In this document: positions 48,421-62,969 of the stretch, in pieces
How positions within the stretch are numbered: the stretch's first letter is position 1
Layout of the letters: every line of letters begins with the position of its first letter
NCBI GenBank assembly: GCA_030390025.1
Contig: CM059432.1
Location: 119,042,001-119,106,000 of the forward strand
Direction: 5' to 3'
From: Squalus acanthias
Lineage: Eukaryota
Length of the DNA stretch: 64,000 nucleotides
Notes under the pieces: generated by a model
What the model saw: the letters and a program-made list of their open reading frames with translations, nothing else
Told to the model about the DNA's origin: nothing
The model's database searches: none
Made by a program: the position numbers and the translations under genes

Positions 48421-49139
48421 CTATAGTTTCTACCAATTTTGATTAACTGCAGCTTATCAGATATTCACAGATTTCCATAAATATATGGAAGGTGCTATTC
48501 TTACACACTGCAAATTAGACCAATCCCATAGTCTGAGCAAAAATACCTCCCCAGATTAACTACATCCATACTCTTCTAACCAACCGGTTGTGAGTAAATT
48601 AATACCATCCATTGATATTACCAGGAAAACTTACATGGAGGGTTGGAGCGGGCTCCCAACCCACTGTCAATCATTTCGATTTTGACAGCAGACCCGCCTC
48701 CGAACCCGCCCTCTGAGCGCTGGCAAAATCACGGTCATAGTCTGTGTAAGAGAACGGCTGGTTGAAACTAGACAGGATGGAGCCAGTGAGTTTTGGCCGA
48801 TGGGAGAATGTACATGCAGCACAAAACTATAAGGAAAAGGGTATAAGTGTAACAGCATGAACAGAACAAAACACAGCAGATTTTTGAACAAGACCTTCCA
48901 CACTGCACTGTTGCCCAGAAGCTCGAGTAATACCAATCTTGAATCTGTTCATTTTTGTTTGAATACTGTGTGTATGAGTGATTCTGTTAAGTGTTACGAA
49001 AGCCTTGTTACACCCAATTGGGATTGCCAAGCCGAATCATTGACAGGGTAACCTACGGCTGAGCATCCCTGACATGAGGGAATACTACAACACACTGACA
49101 TTTCTAAAATAAGTTTTATGCAGCTCTCAAGTCACTATA

Positions 49140-49545
49140 CTCGTGGCTCAGTGGTGGCACTCTCACCTCTGAGTCAGAAGGTTGAGGGTTCAAGCCCCAC
49201 TCCAGAGACTTGAGCACAAAAATCTAGGCTGACACTCCAGTGCAGTGCTGAGGGAGCGCTGCACCGTCAGAGGTTGCCGTCTTTCAGATGAGACGTTAAA
49301 CCGAGGCTCCAGTTGCGCTCTCAGGTGGACATAAAATATCCCATGACATTATTTCAAAGAAGAGCAGGGGAGTTCTACCTGATGTCCTGGCCAATACTTA
49401 TCCCTCAACCAACATAACCAGATTATCTGGTCACTATCACATTTCTGTTTGTGGGACCTTGCTGTGCGCAAATTGGCTGTAAAATGCTTTGGGACTTCCT
49501 CAGGTGGTGAATGTCATTGTATAAAGGCAAGCCCTTTCTTTTCTA
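49140..49545 (+). mobile_element. DeuSINE / SacSINE1-like SINE
   Basis: tRNA head (tggctcagtgg, gggttcaagccc), Deu-like core gccgtctttcagatgagacgttaaaccgagg, L2-like tail. Confidence 0.7.
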
Positions 49546-49792
49546 TTTGTCATCTGACAGTTATATCGCCTAAACCGCTTGCGGTTGGCCACAGCGTTCA
49601 CTAACGTCCCAGATGGCCCATTGCCTTCGCCAGGCCGTTATCAGCTTGCACTTCCAGCAAATTTTGGCCCAAAATTTTTAGAGCTGAAGGGTGCAGGAAA
49701 AAGTCTAACTATCGGTGGATGCCCCGCTCCAGCAAGATTTGGCCCAATGTTTTACAACCACAGATAAGCATCAGTTTATTTTAATTCCCTTT

Positions 49793-52700
49793 GGGGGGAA
49801 AAATTCAGTTGCTTAGCGCCTCCCGTTAGCGCCTCTGGGGGGTGCTAACGGGGCGCTTGGAAGTTAGCGCCGAGTGCGGCGATGTTTGTGCTGCTTGCGA
49901 AATTGACCAGACATTTTGCGGCGGTGTTAAACACTACCACCACGATCTCCTGCGCCCGCAGATCGTGACGTCAGTCGAGGCGTGCAACGCCCCAGTAGTG
50001 CCCCGGACCGGATATTGAGTGGTGCCCCCTGCCTTTCCGCCTGCCAGTAGCAACAACAGGTAGAGGGGAATGTTTTGCAGTCGGGAAGGGGCTGGGGGAG
50101 CGCTATATAAAGGCAGTCTCTTCCTGTCTTTTTTTGTCGGCGACATTTTTGCACCACGCATTCTGAGAGAGAGAGAGACTTCTGCAGAGATTCAATGCTG
50201 TGTGAAGGAGTTTTAGGTACTGAGCAGCACTTTGCAGGTTCATTTTGATTTGACATTCCTTGCAATAATTTAGAAGAGACTACGGGGGCTGCACTGAATC
50301 GGGGCGTCGTCCTGCACATGCAGAATCGGAGGCAGCAGAGACGCAGAGAGAGAGTGGCAAACATGGCCAGAGGGAGGAGGGTCAACAGACCTCTGCACAG
50401 GAGGCCTTACCCTCCGAGGGTATTCAGGGAGCAGTTCTCATACATTCATTTGTCTGAGGAACAATGTTTGCGCAGGCTGCGCTTCAGCAAGGACGTGGTC
50501 ACTGAGCTCTGCCACCTGCTGCAGCCAGATCTGCAGCCTCAACTGAGGACCAGGACGTCTCTGTCGGTGGCAGTGAAGGTGACAGTGGCTCTGGATTTTT
50601 ATGCCACCGACTCCTTTCAAGCAGCTACTGGGGACATCGCCAATATCTCCCAGATCACGGTCCATTGCTGTATCCGGGAGGTAACAAATGCCCTCTATAA
50701 AAGGAGATGCCAGTACATCTCTTTCCCCATGACCCGAGCCAAACGCATGAACGCGCATGTGGCTTTGCAAGGATAGCGGGCTTCACCATGGTGCAGGGCG
50801 CCATTGACTGCACGCATGTGGCATTGCGGGCACCGCATGAAAATGCAGAGGTATTCCGAAACCACAAGGGCTACCACTCCTTAAATGTGCAGTTGGTGTG
50901 TGACCACAGACAACTCATACTCGCCGTCAATGCCCGCTATCCTGGCAGCAGCCACGATGTTTTCATCCTGCGCCAGACTGGTGTGCCAGACCTTTTCCAG
51001 CCACCTCATCACCCAAGTGGATGGCTCCTTGGGGACAAGTGTTATCCACCCTGCACCTGGCTGATGACACCGCTCCGTAACCCCAACACCCCTGCCAAGC
51101 TGTGGTATAATGAGAGCCATCTCGCCACCAGGAACATGATTGAGCAGACGATCGGCGTGCTGAAGCAACGGTTCCGCTGTCTGGACCACTCGGGAGGAGC
51201 CCTGCAGTACTCTCCTGAGCAAGTCTCCCTGTTCATAGTTGTGTGCTGCATGCTGCATAACCTGGCAGTCCTCAGGATCCAGCCAATGCCTCCAGGCATT
51301 GGTGCTCCACCTGAGTTATAGAGTCCTAGAGTCATAGAGTTATACAACACAGAAAGAGGCCCTTCAGCCTATCGTGTCCGCGCCGGCCATCAAGCCCTAT
51401 CTATTCTAGTCCGTAGCCTTATATGCTATGGCGTTTCAAGTGCTCATCTAAATGCTTCTTGAATGTTATGAGGGTTCCTGCCTCTACCACATTTATAGGC
51501 AGTGAGCTCCAGATTCCAACCACCCTCTGGGTGAAAAAGTTTTTCCTCAAATTCCCTCTAAACCTCCTGCCCCTTACCTTGAAACTATGCCCCCTGGGTA
51601 TTGACCCCTCTACTAAGGGAAAAAGTTCCTTTCTATCTACCCTATATATGCCCCTCATATTTTTGTACACCTCAATCAAGTGCCCCCTCAGCCTTCTCTG
51701 CTCGAAGGAAAACAACCCCAGCCTGTCCAGTCTCTCTTCATAGCTGAAGTGCTCCAGCCCAGGCAACATCCTGGTGAATCTCCTCTGCACCCTCTCCAAT
51801 GCAATCACAGCCTTCCAATAGTGTGGTGACCAGAACTGCACACAGTATTCCAGCTGTGGCCTAACTAGCATTTTGTACAGCTCCATCATAACCTCCCTGC
51901 TCTTATATTCTATGCCTCGGTTAATGAAGGCAAGTATCCCATATGCCTTTTTAAACACCTTATCTACCTGTCCTGCTGCCTTCAAGTACATGCACACCAA
52001 GGTCCGTCTGATCCTCTGTCCATCCTAGGGTCCTACCTATCATTGTGTATTCCCTTGCCTTGTTAGTCCTCCCAAAATGCATCACCTCACACTTTTCAGG
52101 GTTAAATTCTATTTGCCACTGTTCTGCCCATCTGACCAACCCGTCTATATCGTCCTGTAGACTGAGACTTCCCTCCTCGCTATTTACCACTCCATCAATT
52201 TTTGTGTCATCTGCGAACTTACTGATCATACCTCCTACATTCATATCTAAATCATTAATGTACACTACAAACAGCAAAGGACCCAGCACCGATCCTTGTG
52301 GTACACCACTGGACACAGGCTTCCAGTCACAAAAACATCCTTCAACCATCACCCTCTGCCTCTGCCACTAAGCCAATTTTGGATCCAATGTGCCAAATAG
52401 CCCTGGATCCCATGGGCTCTTACCTTCTTGACCAGTCTCCCATGCGGGACTTTGTCAAAAGCCTTACTGAAGTCCATGTAGACTACATCAACTGCACTAC
52501 CCTCATCCACACACCTAGTCACCCCCTTGAAAAATTCAATCAAATTGGTTAGACATGATCTCCCCCTGACAAAGCCATGCTGACTATCCTTGATTAATCC
52601 TTGCCTCTCCAAGTGGAGACAAATTCTGTCCCTCAGAATTTTTCCAATAATTTCCCTACCACTGATGTTAGGCTCACTGGCCTGTAATTCCCTGGTTTAT

Positions 52701-55700
52701 CCGTACTACCCTTCTTGAATAATGGTACTACGTTAGCTGTTCTCCAGTCCTCTGGCACCTCCCCTGTGGCCAGAGAGGTTCTGAAAATTTGTGTCAGAGC
52801 CCCCTGCAGTCTCCTCCCTTGCCTCACACAGCAGCCTGGGACACATCTCGTCTGGGCCTGGGGATTTATCCACTTTTAAGCCCGCTAAAACCGCTAGTAC
52901 CTCCTCCCTCTCAATACTAATTTGTTCAAGTATATCACAATCCCCCTGCCTGATTTCTATGCCTACATCGTCCTTCTCCTTAGTGAACACAGATTCAAAA
53001 TATTAATTTAAAACCTCATCCACATCTTCCGACTCTACACACAGATTGCCGCTTTGGTCCCTAATGGGCCTTACTCTTTCCCTGGTTATCCTCTTATAAA
53101 CACCTTGGGATTTTCCTTTATTTTGCCCGCCAGTGTTTTTTCATGCCCCGTCTTCGCTCTCCTAATTTATTTTTTAAGTACACCCATGCACTTTCTATAC
53201 TCCTCTAGGGCTTCCACTGTTTTTAGTCGTTTGTATCTGCCAAAAGCCTCCCTTTTTTTCCTAATCCATTCTTGTATATCCCTTAACATCCAGGGTTCCC
53301 TGGGCTTGTTGGTCCCTCCCTTGACCTTTACGGGAACATGTTGGCGTTGTACTCTCTCTAGATGAGGAGCAAGAGGAGGAGAAAGAGGAGGAGGAGGGTG
53401 AGGAGGAGAATCAGCAGCACCAACGTGGGAGGGAGGTGCACAATGTTGCCACTGCAAGGGCCGTCCATCAACAGCTGATAAGAAGCTGCTTCTAGACCCC
53501 TACTCAGGTGATGGCTTCTGACATGGAGAACAACATCATGGAAAGCAACCCACACCCGCTATAGCCGGCCAAAGCTGGAATGATTCCAAAGGCCAAAAAT
53601 GCAAATTTTTAATACAGCAACATTTTTCTTTAACAAACTCTGTGTGTGTCATTTATTCAGGACAAACAATTAGAAACAAACACAACAAATCATGAATTTA
53701 CAGAACTGGTTCTAACAAGATGGAGATAAACTGCAAAACAGTAAACAAAAGTAATCACACGAACCTTGACCTTTACTACAAACATCCCCACCATTTATTT
53801 AGACCTCCTACTGTTTGCCCTTCGAGGGTGATCTCCATCCCCTGCGCACTTCCCCCCTTCCCACCCTACTGCTCCTCCATAATGGGGCCCCAGTGGCTGC
53901 AGCAAGGCTGGTGGAAGGCTGCTGAATGTCAGATGCAGAGACACAGATGCCCTTGAAGGATGCCCTTGACCATCTCTGGGCCTGGAGGCCCCGGCTGCAG
54001 ACTGCAACAACTCTGCATGGGCGGCAGCAGTCTGGGCTGGCTGTGTTGCAGGAGGTGGCAAGTGCAATGGGGAAGTGACAGTGGTGGGAGCAGGAATCCT
54101 GTCATCCTGAGAGAGGACAGCACCTTCCTGCTCGACCAACACACTGGCACTCCCACGGGGCAGTACCTCAGCATCCAGTGCAATCTGCTCGATCACATTG
54201 CTGGCCTGCTGCGGCACCGTGAGAGCCCCGGGGCAATGTGGCCGACCCAGCGAGGATTGCAGCAGTCAGTGCTTGCGTGACATCAATCTGAGACTGCATG
54301 AGAGCAGTCTGAGATTGGATGGCACCAGCCAATGACTGAATTGCAGCACTAAGCCGTTGCATTGCGTTGGCCTGTGCTGCCGCGGACTGCTCCATACTCC
54401 TAGCCAGTCCATCTATGCTTTCGGGCACCCTTGCCATTGCACTCATAAGCTCAGCGTGCAAGCTCAAGGCCTGGCTATTCATGGCCGTGATGACGCGGTC
54501 CTCCTCTGAGTCCAGTGCAGCAGGACTCGCTTGCCTACTCGCCCTCCGGGGAGATGGCCCCCGAGCTTCCCTACCCCCATAGCGTTACTGCAGCCCGCTG
54601 GGTCCTGGAGTTTCGCCCTCATCAGATCCTTCCCCCCACTCCCCTCCATGGAAGGCATGGTCCCAGTGTCGGCATGGGCTCCCTCGGGAGATGCAGGTGG
54701 TGAGGCTCCGGCTTCCTCTTCCTCCTCGCCTGGGGCGTCGCTGCCACTGGTAGGTTGAGGGACAGGCTGGTCAGCTGGTGGTTCACTATCTGAAAGCAGG
54801 GAGGTAGAAGAGTGGCTTTAGCGCCAGGACAGGGGGGCAGTAAGGGAGCAAGGACAGGAGACATTTAGTAAGTTGGATTGAAAGTGTAAAAGGCTGGTGT
54901 TGTGAGGGGCAAGTGGAATGAGAGAGGAGAGAAAGCTGATGAACATACCATTGCTGTCCCCAAGGGGGTCGACCTCTCCAGCGGCCACGATACCTATGAC
55001 CTGGCTGGCAACGATCCTGTGCACGCACGTCTCAAAATCGGTGAGGATGTGTAGGTCAGCCGGTCCTCCTCCCGTGCGTTGCTGCTTCCACCTGTTATGA
55101 GAGAGCTTGGCCTGCAAGAAAAAGGACGGTGTCTGAGTGAATGTGCAGCCATGTGCTTGCCTGATGTACCTCTCATAGTTGAATAGCCCTTAATGTATGC
55201 AGCCATGTGCTTGCCTGATGTGCCTTCCATAGATGAATAGCCCTTAATGTATGCAAGGTGTGGCATGTGCGTGTGTGTTTTATGAGATGGCCATAGGTCT
55301 TGGATGAGTGTTGGGAATTTGGGTTTTTTAAACCCTCTGGGCACAGAGTGAAGTTGAGATGGAGGGATGTAGAGGTATTGAAAAGCAGCCACTCACCCTG
55401 ACCACCCGAATGGGGTCGTTGAACTTCATCCAACATTGGGTGTGGGTCCTCGGCACCAGGTTTCTCGAGGAGGCGTGCTGAGCCACCTCCCTCCAGTCGC
55501 TTCTGTATTCGCGTGGCAATGGCCTCCTGCCACTCTGTGGGTAGAGTACTGCCCGTCGCCACTCCACAGCGCCAACCAGAGCCACCAAGGCCCGGTCGCT
55601 GAAGTGCTGAGCTCTTTCCCTGGGCCTATCCATTGGTGGTTCCAGCACAATTGATGTACAGGTCTCTCCAGGCCGAGATTCAAGGATCCAATGAGCAGAG

Positions 55701-55990
55701 TGTGGCTAGACAGCAACATCGACCATCCCCTTTAAGAACTGGCCGGCGCCAGTCTGTCTGTGTTCCATTGCTAACTGACATCACCTGAGATTCGGCAGCG
55801 CTCTGAGGTAGCGCCTCGCTCCTCGGCATTAGCGCCTTAAGACAGGTGTGTAGCGCCTGATTTAGCGCTCAAATCACCTCCAGGGGCGATCGAGGCCAAG
55901 TTTGCAGTCGGAGGCGATAATTAGCGCCGGGCGCTAAACTTTGCGCCCGGCCGATAATAGCACCCCAAACGGGGTGATGCCGAATTTTCT
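49793..55990. mobile_element. Degenerate Harbinger related to 33216-37474, interrupted by a CR1
   Basis: Left end ggggggaaaaatt; frameshifted transposase at ~50282-51315 plus 53359-53494; Myb/SANT gene on - strand ~53808-55650 with the same exon layout. Confidence 0.85.
51316..53358 (-). mobile_element. CR1 LINE of the same subfamily as 1084-3417
   Basis: Near-identical peptides (ERVQRQHVP...KKHLDEHLKRHSI) with frameshifts; splits the transposase acidic tail. Confidence 0.9.
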
Positions 55991-56459
55991 TTGTGTTCCT
56001 CTCCTCTTTAGACCCTCCCTTCCAACTGCGATTTAAGCCAGCAGAGTGCTTCTAGGCCCCTGCTGATATGTCTCTCGAGGCCATTACCGAATGGTGTAGG
56101 AAAAGTGGAGTGCTTATTAACATGGCGGCCAATGTTTTCCTCCATCCCTGCAGGGAAGCAGTTCCTCTTCCTCAGTGCTTGGCTGTGAAAGCACGATAAG
56201 AATAATTAATGTGTGACTCAGAATGAACCCCCTATTAAGATTGGAAATCAAAATTTTGGACAAGAGAATCCATGAATCTAGACATTCCCAACTTTACATT
56301 GCCCAGACAGATGCAGCAAATATAACTATCAGAATTTACTGTTATATGTTTAAGGTTTATCATGTGATACTGTATTAGTCTCACTTCCAGTTGTCTTGCA
56401 GTATAGCAGCCCATGTAACATGAATCAGAAAGATATTCTAACAGTTAGAGAGAAGAGAA

Positions 56460-56790
56460 GGAACAGCCATTTAGATAGCACCTTTCACAATCTCAGGATT
56501 TCCCAAAGCACTTCATAGCCAAATAAGTACTTCTGAAGTGTTGTCACTGTTATAATGTAGAGAAATGTGGTCGCCAATTTTCACACAGCAAAATCTCACA
56601 AACAGCAATGAGATAAATGACAACTGAACTGTTTTAGTAACGTTAGTTGAGAGATAAATGTTGGCCAGGACACTCGGAGAATTCCTCTGTTCTTCCTCGA
56701 ATAGCGTCAAGTGATCTTTCAATCCACCTGAGAGGGCGGACAGGACCCACTCAGTACTGCACTGGAGGGTCAGTCTGGATTGTGCACGCA
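56460..56790 (-). mobile_element. DeuSINE-like fragment
   Basis: Reverse complement shares ctcaggtgga...gaagaacagaggaattctcc...gtcctggccaa blocks and the tail with 49140-49545. Confidence 0.6.
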
Positions 56791-57040
56791 AGTTGTAATA
56801 AATTGCAGCGTTAGTATAAAACCATGTAAATAAACTCTTGCCTTACAAGAGATCAAGAAATGATCAGCCGACAGACATGAAACTCTAAACATTGCTTTAT
56901 TTTCTTAACTGTTTGCATACAAAGATGACATGGTTATCAGAGTGATCACAAATGGCACAAGAGCTAAGGTTCAGAATCACACTAGCACAGCAATGGTTCA
57001 GTTCAACTTACTATGACACAGTTTAGTATTACAGACACAT

Positions 57041-57475
57041 CTGGATTTTGATACTGGGGCGGGTTGGGGTCGTGTTATCCACTTTTCGTGTTATCCACCC
57101 GACTGCAATTGGATGTGGGAGATTGATGCAATTTTCACCTAATTGGGCAATTGAGTTCCAGCATGTGGGAACCCATGACCCAGCCAGCCAGCCAGGTAGG
57201 TTTCACATTCGTGGTTCAGAACAGGCATGCTTCACGCAGAAAAAGGGTTAAAATCACAAAGGCCTTTCAAAATGGCATTATAGAGGCAATTTAGTGCTTG
57301 TTAAGGGCCTTAACAGCCTATCCCACCTCTTGGAGGTGGGACGAAGGCGGGACCAGCAGACACGATTTAATGAAAATTGCGTGGAGGCGGGCTTGTGTCC
57401 ACCCGCCAGTTTTCGCAATTTTAACCCCCCACACACCTCCAAACCCGCCTCCACGGGTCAATGAAAATCCAGCCC
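57041..57475. mobile_element. MITE of the same family as 3418-4200
   Basis: ctggattttg...aaaatccagccc ends; shared gggcaattgagttccagcatgtgggaacccatga block. Confidence 0.7.
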
Positions 57476-59455
57476 TCAGTCCTTGATATTAACCTCGCCA
57501 CACACTCCCACCATGGTGGGCAGGAGGGGGTCGTGGGGAGGGGGTTAAAAATTTTAAATAGGGAATACGTTCACAACGCGCCACGTACATGCCCGTTGCC
57601 GTTTTCACAGCGGCGACTTTCATGTCATAAATTAACAAATTTAAATCAGGCTCCCACAGTACAATTGGGAGTCTGATTTAAATGTAACAGTTCCCTTGTG
57701 GGTTTCCCAGAGCTCGGGAATCCCGACAGCCTTTTACAGTACTCCTCGCAGGCCAGGAGGAGCAGGAGTGCTTCCCCCCACCTACCCCCCAGCCCCTCAA
57801 CAGAGTCCATGGCCTCCCCTGCTGCGATCGCCGACCTTCCCCTTCCAGCCTCGATCTCTCGCTCCCACCCTCCCGCGACAGTCTCTCTCACCCTCCCCAA
57901 ACCCGATCTCTCGGTCCCTCTCTCTCATGATGGCCTCTCTTGCCTCCCTCTCCAGCCCTGATCTCTTGTGACCTACGCGTCCCCGGCCTAGCTGAGTTTC
58001 CCCCATACTACCCTGCACCCTTCCCGTAAGTAGCGGGGGCCACAGCCTTAGCTGGGTTCACTTTAACATTGATTTTCAGGACAGCAACTTGAGAGCACTG
58101 ACCACTGTGCCCGATTCTCTGATCTATACTCCTGTTGAATGAGACTCCAGACTGGGAGTGAAGACTCGCAATTTCAGGGCTTGCATGTCAATCTCAAGCT
58201 GGATCATCCTTCGATCAACTGTTCGCAAAAGGTTCTCTCGCAAACTGTTTTAGCTCTTTGACGTTCAAGTAGTGAAAACAGTTATAAAAATGGGACATAC
58301 TCGGCTGTTTAACCCTTTTGTATCCTTGTCTTCTTAGGCTTTTCATGTCTGCACTCCAAACACAGAAATTCTCCTGTCTTTTTAAGAATCCCAAATATCA
58401 ACATAATGACATCTTGACCCTCTCCTATTTTGTTAAATTCACTTGCTGTTTTCTGCTTTGTGGAGAGAGCGGTGAGGAGAATTGCTCTAGTCACTTTATA
58501 CAGCAGCATTGTAAATGGGTAAATGAAGATTCGCTCTAGCGAAATCTTAAACAGAAAGAACATGTTTCTGATTAAATCAAAAAGTGTTGCTATGAGGTCT
58601 GATCTAAAAAGAGTAACGGTCACTTGAGATATACAGCAAGATCGAGATGATACACTCATTCCTGAGATTTCTCCACTTAATCTTCAAAAGTACCCGAGGA
58701 GGAACAAAAGACACACAAGACTGCTACGACATGACAGAATATTGCTGAGCCAATGCTGGCCTCCAGCCACTCTTAAACTCACTGTGAAGTCCATCACTGG
58801 CTGCTTTTCTCCTTCACTACCTGATGGTTCAATATGAACCTCTGCAAAATCCTTTGGTCTAGAAAGTTTCATCGTGACCCAGGCAAGGGGATGGTGGTGG
58901 TTGGGGGTTGGGTGGGGGTGGGGTGGGGGTGGAGGTTGAATTAGTAAACTCTCCATGCCTGAAGTCCTCTTTGAAGGGAACAATCCAGAGCCATTTTGTC
59001 ACAAAAGAACTTGCTGTTATTTTAGTGTTAATGTTACACAGTTTTTACAGGGATAGGAGCCTCATATAATTTCATTATTCACTTGTAGATCAGCAAAATG
59101 TGCACAATAATTTGTCCATGCTATGTTTTAAATAAATGTTAAAATAGGCACACAGGGAAAATATATAATGCAGGTATGTATTAATATAGAATTTGAAAAT
59201 CCACAGTTAAAAAATAAACTACAGCAATAGAATATTTATTTTTATCAGGAAAACCACATTTGAAGAAGTCTGCAGAAGTTGCAATAAATGGAAATAGGAT
59301 TTAAGTCTCACCAAAAACAATGAGAAGTATAATTGTTAAACACAAGGCCACTTTGGAAAACCTGTGTTATTAACAGAAGATCTTTTTTAATTAAGACAAC
59401 TTGAGGGATCATCAATTCCTAATATGGACATCACTGCTGCGGTGATATTCAACAG

Positions 59456-59474
59456 TTCCACTAGATGGCAGCAG
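59456..59474 (+). promoter_or_regulatory. CTCF core motif match
   Basis: ttccactagatggcagcag fits the CCACYAGRKGGCRSY consensus; motif match only. Confidence 0.45.
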
Positions 59475-59559
59475 ACATCATTGTATCATCCCAGAGGAAT
59501 CCTGACGCACAACAATCACCAGCATCAGTGGCCCCCGATAATAACTCTGAGGCTTGTTC

Positions 59560-62500
59560 GGAGCCGGGGGCGGGGGTGGGGTGATATCGCTTGGGAAGCC
59601 CGGAAGAAGTTTCAGCATGTCAGTCTGTGGCATTTCAACGCATTCACCACTTATAATATTACTTCAGGGTTTGGCGTTGAACGCGTGGACCCGCATGACA
59701 CGGTCACAGCTCCAGTAACAACTCCAGTATTTAAAGGGCCAATCCAAAGATGGAATTTAGAGGAGTTGGGATGTTTTGCATCGAGACAGCAATTGTAGAA
59801 GATGAATTCAGGATGCTCAAAGGCTGTGCCCGTCTTTAATGAGGCCTCACTTGATGCACTGCTGGGGGCAGTGAGGAGCCGGAGAGAGATAATCTTCCCC
59901 AGCAACGGAGGAAGAAATCTGCTGCTGCCACAAAGAAGGCATGGCTGAAGGTGGCCCAGGAGATCAGCGGGAGGAGCATTGAGCCACGCTCCTGGATAAA
60001 GTGCGGGAAGGGCTTTAATAACCTAAGCAGGTCAGGAAAGGAGAGTACAGTTGCCCATTCACCTTCACCCTGCTGTGTGCATCACCCCACCACCCCAACT
60101 CTGCCTTGTCAAGCCTACTGCATCACATCAGAGCTCACGCCCACTTAGCTTTCAAGTGCACCCATCCTTCTCTGTCTATGCACTTCCTCACATCCCCATC
60201 TATCCATCCACCACTGACACTCAGCCTCATCATGATGCAATTTCATGCCACTTCCTGATAGTCACCCTCACCAAATGCTCTCCATCCATCGGTTGAACAC
60301 ATGCCAGTACACTCACTCATAGGTCTGCTCTTTCCCCCGTTACAGCAGAAGAGAGTGCAAAACACAAGGGAGAGGGAGAGAACTGGAACCATGCACTCAC
60401 AGTTCAAAAGTGAGCAAGAGCAGGCAGTGATGACAGGGACAGCTGTAGAGAGTCTGTGACGGAGGGCGTAGCTCGCTCCAAGTTCTGCTCAGCTGCACAC
60501 AGATGGTGTACCTCAGGGGCCATCGATGAAAAGGATAATCGTTGAGGGAGAGCAGAAAATCTGCAATGTTCTGGCAGGCCTTCGATTGCAGAGAGAGTTG
60601 AGGAGTCCAGCTCAAGCATGAGTGGGTTGATGTCAAAGGGCATTACGAGGATTTCTACTTCTATCGATAGAGTGGTCTCTTCTGTGGAACATCAATCACG
60701 GCAATCAAATGCACAGCAGTCTTTGGCGAGACTCTCACTGGCTCCAACACCCAGAGGTCATCGGTCACGAGCATCTCATCAGTCAGAGCAGGATCTGAGC
60801 AGCCTGCCTCTTCCTCTGCTGAAACCAGAGGGGTTGCACCATGTAGGAGTGGTAGGAAAAGGAGGAGTAAAGCTTTGTAGTTGCACAAGGGTCTGCATAT
60901 GGGTGTCTGAGAAAATGTAATGTTGTTAAGTTTCCATCATTTAGTACAATCACATAAAATATATTACTTTGCACCACTTTCCTGTGCTGCCCATTCTTGG
61001 TTGCTGAGTGACAACTCGCCTTTTCAGTTGCTTGTGGATGAATGAGAAGACATGAATTGACGGGGACCAATGCTGGGATGTGCAATGGGTGGTTGATTGG
61101 TTACAGGACGGTTTTGTGTCAGTGGGATTAGGGAAGAGTGGTGGAAAGTGGCCGTTGGATGTGATTGCTACATCGGTCCAATGGTGGTAACTAGCTGAAC
61201 CTTACAGCTATAATCCCTGGCACCCCAGGCAGCAATGTGAGCGGCTGGTGCTGCATTGGAGTCACCATCTTCCTCCTCCTCCTCCTCTTCATCGTCCTCC
61301 TCAGATTCATCCGCAGACGATGTGTTCCTCCTGCAGCTGCACTCCTCGCTGCTGTGCAATGTTGTGCAGAGTGCAGCACACCACAATCACTCTGGAAACC
61401 CTGGCTGGCGAGTACTGAAGGGCACCTCCAGATCCGTCCAGGCACCTGAAGCGCATCTTCAGCATGCTGACCACTTGCTCAATGACACATCTGGTTGTCA
61501 GATGGCTTTCGTTGTACCCCTCTTGGATGTCATTGGTTGGGTTTCTCACGGGTGTCATCAACCAAGTTTGAAGTGGGTATCCTTTGTCTCCTAGCAGCCA
61601 GCCCTTAAGTCTGCTTCCAGGTCCAAAGAGGTCGGGGAGCTTGGACTGCCACAGGACGAAAGCATCATGGCAGCTCCCCGGGAGTCCTGTACACACCTGC
61701 AGAAATATCTTTTTGTGGTTGTATACCAGCTGCACATTGATGGAGTGGAAGCCCTTGCGGTTCACGGATAGTTCTGATTGATCTGGGGGTGCCGTATTGC
61801 CATGTCTGTGCAGTCGATGTCGCCCTGTACCTGTGGGAAGCCAACCAGAGACACAAAACCTGAGCGCCCACTCATTCTGACTAGCTTCATCGCAGACAAA
61901 GTTGTCATAATTACCGGCCCTGCCAAACAACCCATCAGTCACCTGCCTTATGCATTCATGTGCAGCCGACTGGGATATCCTGGATATGTCTCTGGTAGAG
62001 CCCTGGAAGGATCCGGAGGCAAAAATGTTGAGAGCAGCGGTGACTTTGACAGTCACTGGTAATGAGTGGCCACCAGGTCCAGCAGGGAGCAGGTCTTCCT
62101 CTAGGAGGCTGCAGATGTCAGCCACCACCTGACACGACAATCTCAGCCTCCGGAAGCACTGCTGTTCCGAGAGGTCAAGGAGGCTGAGCCTCTGCCTGTT
62201 ACAAGGGTCGTGCCTCCTGCGAGTTCGACCCCTCTCTGCTGCTCCCCTCTCTGCTGACCAACTGCAGGTCTCTCCACAGCAGCCTTTTGCTGCTCTTGAT
62301 GGTTATCTTGCTCCTCGTCAGAAGTCCAATCTAAGGCAGCTACGGTGCCACCCATCCTGATCTTGACTCTCAATACCTCCAAAGTGCAGAAATTACCCTC
62401 TCACCACAAGTAATCTCAAAAAACCCTTTCCCACTGGGAGGTAAGAAAGCAACTGTGAGCACTGAGTATTTATTGGTGTATTTGCCTGACTTTTAATGAG

Positions 62501-62803
62501 CCCCGTGAATTGCCGTTCTCTTCTCGCCTTGGTTTCAATGGTAAGTTGCAGGAAGCCCGGGAAACCCATGGATGCGCCGTTAAATTTAAATGCTGGTTGA
62601 AATGTCGTTGCAATTCACTGAGTTAAATATTCAAATTGCTAACCCACCACTCCGGAGGGGGTTATACACACGCACCAAATGCATCCGAGTTAAAGCTGGA
62701 AGTTGGCGTGTTGGAGCCGGCTTCCAGACGCGATCACATTTTTGCCGACTAGCCTCCCGCCTACTCTTAAACCCGTACACTCTTCAATCTTAAATTTCCC
62801 CCC
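59560..62803. mobile_element. Degenerate Harbinger (Myb remnant on +, transposase on -)
   Basis: + strand PVFNEASLDALLGAV near 59830; - strand NRKGFHSINVQ, LLGDKGY, VIEQVVSMLKMRF at 61307-62140; right end taaatttccccc. Left boundary approximate. Confidence 0.8.
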
Positions 62804-62969
62804 AAAAAGTCTGTTGATACAGATCTTTTCTTCATATATTTGCAATGGCCAACATATTGCTAAAATAAATCCAACCTCCACAGTCCCTGTGTTACTTCGC
62901 TATGAATACATCTCCGTAACACACTTGCACAATTTCAAAGATAGGCCTCGATATTAACTCCGAGACATG

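Noticed and set aside
58050..58990. Unique, coding-looking stretch with 73-116 aa ORFs
   Set aside because: No recognisable motif and stops in the other frames; cannot support a gene call.
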